Positions 60,590-64,000 of a DNA stretch of 64,000 nucleotides are shown here, piece by piece (within the stretch, counting starts at the first letter, position 1; the number at the start of each line of letters is the position of its first letter). The stretch spans positions 2,464,001-2,528,000 of the forward strand of contig OZ244999.1 in assembly GCA_965223265.1 (NCBI GenBank), given 5' to 3'. The position numbers and the translations under genes were made by a program. A model generated the notes under the pieces. It did no database searches. It had not been told where the DNA came from and saw only the letters and a program-made list of their open reading frames with translations. The DNA comes from Planctomycetota bacterium (GTDB lineage: Bacteria > Planctomycetota > UBA8108 > SXIK01).

Positions 60590-63076
60590 TCACTCCGCAC
60601 CCGTGCCCGCGACCGCCGCCGGCAGCTCGCTCGACCACACGATGTCGATCGTCGCGTCGCCGTAGATCGGGTCGCCGTTCTCATCGCGCGCTGTCGCGCG
60701 AATCGTCAGCGGCATGTTGAACGGCCCCGCCAGCTCAGCTGCGCGAAGAACGAGGCGGGCACTGCTTTCGGACGCGGCCACGTCGACCGGCGCCGCGCTC
60801 AGGCCGCTCATATGCGATGGGACGATCAACTCCACCGTGACCGGAGAGTCCAGGTCTGGGGCGCGACCGACCTTAGCGTTCAGCGTCACTTGAGAGTTCG
60901 GTGAGAGAACGACGGAGGGGCGGTCAAGTGAAACGTTGAGGCGTCCCGAGGTCACGCTCAAGACGAGCTGCGGGGATTCGGTGTTGGAAAACGCCACTCG
61001 ATGCTTCGTGCCGTCCGGCTCCTCGATCTCGCCGATGGCGACAATGAGGACGCGACCCGTCCGCGCGATTTCCATGAGCGGGCGCAACTGCACCGTGTAT
61101 TCGAACTCATCGACGCCAGCTGGAACAACGAGCGGCTTGGCGGTGACGCCTTGAAGGTGGCGACGCTGCTTTTCGGCGAGCCTGATCGTGAGTGGACCCT
61201 CGTACCCATTTCGCTTGATGCGAAACGGCTCGGTGACGGCGCAGCCGCGAGGAGCGCGCGAGTAGTACGGGCCCGTGCGGTGAATCTCAAACGGTGTGCT
61301 CAACGTGACAGCCACGAGTACATCCTCGATGGGAAGCTCGCCGCGCCGTCCAGGTTTCATCGCTGTGCGCTCGACTCGAATGCCGCCCAAGTCGACTCGC
61401 CCGCGGACGCGGAGAGCGCTGCCGCGGATGGCGGCAGTGTCGTCGGCTACGAGCGGGATCGACGCGGAGTTTTTGTCCGCAGGAATCACAACTGACTCGG
61501 CAGTGACTCCCGGCGGCAAGTTGTCCACGATGAGCTCAATCGGATCCTTCGTTCGGCCCATGCGTCGCGCCGTCACCGCCACCGACCCTTTGCCGCCGCG
61601 CTTGAGGCTGAGCGCGTCCTGCGGAAGAGTGAGTTCAAAATCTGGACGCTCTAGCGACCGTAGATGGAGCCGGTAGGCGAACGCCGGGCCACCACGCGAG
61701 CGAAAGCGCTCGGCGACGCGCACCTGGTAGACGCCGTCAGCAGGTGGATCAAACTCGAGCTGCGAATCGGTGTTGCCGCCCGTGTCGTCCGCGCGTGCGA
61801 GCTCGCTCCCGTCCGCAGCGACAACTGTGATCACGGAGTCGAGCGGGCTGCCCAGCTCGGCGGCGTCGAGGTCGATGATCACAGGTGCACCCTTCCGTGC
61901 TTCAAAAGCCCACGCGTCCATGTCGCCAGGAGCGCCGACGCGGCCGTTGAGTGTCACCGGAGGAGCGGCGGCGTTTTCCACACATTGAACCTCCGCGGTC
62001 TCGACTTCGAGGCGCTCGGGAGCGTCGCCGAGCTGCAAGAAAACCGTATTGGAATAGGCGCCGTCGCGCTCGAGTCGATAGCCATAATCGCTCGAGCCCG
62101 TCGGCGGCAGACGCACTGTCCGGGCCTCCGTGCGGCGTGCACCTGCAGTCTCCGTACCAAGCTCGAGCGCGAGCTCGCCGCCGCGCTGGCCACCGAGCGG
62201 ATAGTTCCAGGCGACGTGCACACCGCGCGACACGGTGAGGCGGTAGACGTAGCTCTGCGCGCCGTTGTACTTGACGTCGCTCAGGTGAATCTGATAGACG
62301 CCGTCGACAGTGGCGATCAAGTTCAGGAATGGATCACGATTCGTGCCGCTCGTCTCTTCAGCGATCTTGCTGCCTTCGGGATCGAGAACGACCAGACGCG
62401 CATCGAGGGGCGACTCCAGACGTGCCGCGCTCACTTCGATGTTATAGCTCTCGCCAGCCCGAGCGTCGAACGTCCACACATCGACGTCTTCGCGTGGGAA
62501 GATGCGCCCGTTCACGGTCACAGGCAACTCGATCTTTTCCGGGAGCGGCGCGCCGTCTGCCTCCGCTTCCACGATCTCCGGCAGGTCGCCGACGACGAAG
62601 CGCCGCGCCGGCGTAGCTCCCTGAGCCGTCCACACGCGCCAATAGCGGTCGCCCAACGGCGCCGTGGCATGAATCGTCACTTCGCCGGCGTGATCCGACG
62701 GGTAGTCGTCTCCTTTGAGCGACAGCGGCCGACGCACGAGAGGGCCTTCAAACCACACCGTGTCGATCTCATGAATCCTGTCCCGCGCCTCGACGCCGGG
62801 ACCGCTCATGCCGAAGCTCGCTTCGCCGAGGAGGAATTGACCGCCAACGCGCACGTTCACCGTGGTTCCCCGCTGGCCGCCGGCCGGAAAGATGTACATG
62901 GCGGCCGGGTGATAGTACTGCGCCACCGATACGCTCGCCCAGCAGACCGCGAACAGGATCGCCAGCGTCACCAGCCGCGTCAGGCCATGGCGTGTGGCTC
63001 GCGACGAAGTTTGGTGGGACGCGCGGGCCATCCAGCCGCGCTCGATAGGCAGACGTAGGGGGAAACGTGACGGCAT
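60590..63076 (-). CDS. PPC (pre-peptidase C-terminal) domain exported protein of a DUF1501 cluster; start could be 63031
   Basis: IFPAGGQRGT, VTVNGRI...DVD.W.F, SPLD and YRL motifs, repeated. Confidence 0.8.
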   Translation of the reverse strand: MPSRFPLRLPIERGWMARASHQTSSRATRHGLTRLVTLAILFAVCWASVSVAQYYHPAAMYIFPAGGQRGTTVNVRVGGQFLLGEASFGMSGPGVEARDRIHEIDTVWFEGPLVRRPLSLKGDDYPSDHAGEVTIHATAPLGDRYWRVWTAQGATPARRFVVGDLPEIVEAEADGAPLPEKIELPVTVNGRIFPREDVDVWTFDARAGESYNIEVSAARLESPLDARLVVLDPEGSKIAEETSGTNRDPFLNLIATVDGVYQIHLSDVKYNGAQSYVYRLTVSRGVHVAWNYPLGGQRGGELALELGTETAGARRTEARTVRLPPTGSSDYGYRLERDGAYSNTVFLQLGDAPERLEVETAEVQCVENAAAPPVTLNGRVGAPGDMDAWAFEARKGAPVIIDLDAAELGSPLDSVITVVAADGSELARADDTGGNTDSQLEFDPPADGVYQVRVAERFRSRGGPAFAYRLHLRSLERPDFELTLPQDALSLKRGGKGSVAVTARRMGRTKDPIELIVDNLPPGVTAESVVIPADKNSASIPLVADDTAAIRGSALRVRGRVDLGGIRVERTAMKPGRRGELPIEDVLVAVTLSTPFEIHRTGPYYSRAPRGCAVTEPFRIKRNGYEGPLTIRLAEKQRRHLQGVTAKPLVVPAGVDEFEYTVQLRPLMEIARTGRVLIVAIGEIEEPDGTKHRVAFSNTESPQLVLSVTSGRLNVSLDRPSVVLSPNSQVTLNAKVGRAPDLDSPVTVELIVPSHMSGLSAAPVDVAASESSARLVLRAAELAGPFNMPLTIRATARDENGDPIYGDATIDIVWSSELPAAVAGTGAE

Positions 63077-63137
63077 AGCTTGTCTTTCACTCAGTGTTAT
63101 TCGCCCTGCGAGTAGACCGGCCGGCAAGAAGTTTCTA

Positions 63138-64000
63138 TCAGAGCAGCGAACGGATGACTTGGCCGTCATTGACGATCTTGAAAGGCCTTCCATCCGGCGC
63201 GTGGAACTCTCCGCCCGGGTCGACGCCCATGAGGTGGAGAATGGTCGCTGCCAAGTCTTCGGGCCCGTGCGGGTCGGCCGCCGGCTTCGCTGCGATCGCG
63301 TCGCTGCGGCCGACGACGCGGCCGCCGTGGACGCCACCGCCGCCCACGGCCACGGTGAACGCACTACTCCAGTGGCCGCGGCCGCCGTTATCGACGCGCG
63401 GCGTACGTCCGAACTCGCCGGTGACGACCACGAGGGTCTTCTCGAGCATGCCGCGATCGGCGAGATCGCGAAAGAGCGTCGACATGGCGGGATCAAGACT
63501 TGGCAGGAGATGTCCTTTGAGAAGCTTGAAGTTGTCGCCGTGCGTATCCCAGTTGACGTGCTCGATCGTGACGCAGCGCACGCCAGCCTCGACGAGACGA
63601 CGTGCCATGAGGCAGCTCTGACCGAGCGTCGTACGGCCGTACTCGTCGCGCAGCTTCTCCGCCTCCAAGTTGATGTCGAACGCACGCTTGGCGGCGGGAG
63701 ACGTCATCAGCGAAAAGGCTTTCTGACGAAAGACGTTCAGCGTCTTCGCAGACTGGTTCGCCTGCGTTTCGACTCCCTTCTCGAAGCGTCCCAGACGACT
63801 GAGCAGATGCTGTCTGGAGTCCAGGCGCGCCGGGTCAACGCTGAAAGGCGGGGCGAGATCGGGGACGGCGAAATCCGGTGCGTTCGGATCGGCACCGATG
63901 ACGAACGGCTCCGAGCTCGGCCCGAGAAACGCGGCGCCGGCGCTCTTGTGCATCGTCGGCAGGCAGACGTAGGGGGGAACTGAGCCTTTGGGGCCGAGCT
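63138..64000 (-). CDS. DUF1501 family protein (5' part outside the window)
   Basis: YGRTTLGQSCLMARRLVEAGV, WDTH, GEFGRTP and GRGHW motifs. Confidence 0.92.
   Translation of the reverse strand, partial: LGPKGSVPPYVCLPTMHKSAGAAFLGPSSEPFVIGADPNAPDFAVPDLAPPFSVDPARLDSRQHLLSRLGRFEKGVETQANQSAKTLNVFRQKAFSLMTSPAAKRAFDINLEAEKLRDEYGRTTLGQSCLMARRLVEAGVRCVTIEHVNWDTHGDNFKLLKGHLLPSLDPAMSTLFRDLADRGMLEKTLVVVTGEFGRTPRVDNGGRGHWSSAFTVAVGGGGVHGGRVVGRSDAIAAKPAADPHGPEDLAATILHLMGVDPGGEFHAPDGRPFKIVNDGQVIRSLL

Noticed and set aside
60590-63685. 1031-aa ORF at full length
   Set aside because: The first roughly 200 codons overlap the DUF1501 gene in another frame; the real start is near 63076-63031.

Overview
GC-rich bacterial window, probably Planctomycetota (DUF1501 gene, PPC-domain protein, Tat-exported Gfo/Idh/MocA, ECF sigma plus LRR anti-sigma). 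Bases 1-18011 are a nested stack of mobile elements. An outer TGT...ACA transposon (277-14957) encodes a Zn-ribbon ORF, a DDE transposase, an ExeA-type AAA ATPase, a RepA-like AAA_25 ATPase and a primase-type CHC2 Zn finger. It is interrupted by an IS21-end remnant, a complete IS21 (6-bp TSD) and a RIT tyrosine-recombinase trio sitting in the ATPase Walker B codons. The IS21 is itself interrupted at its KGRVE catalytic motif by a 4-gene large serine recombinase element. Two decayed ISL3 copies follow. Bases 27-50 kb hold a Wzx/Wzy-type surface-polysaccharide cluster in two convergent halves. At their junction lie an HUH/Y1 RAYT gene, a 1.1-kb array of 24 hairpin cores with modular spacers and a 365-bp higher-order period, and an intact IS66. 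The same core recurs as a cluster at 22.2-22.5 kb and as single copies at 18.2 and 37.1 kb. The rest encodes exported enzymes and an ECF sigma module. All calls come from reading motifs by eye; no database searches were run.
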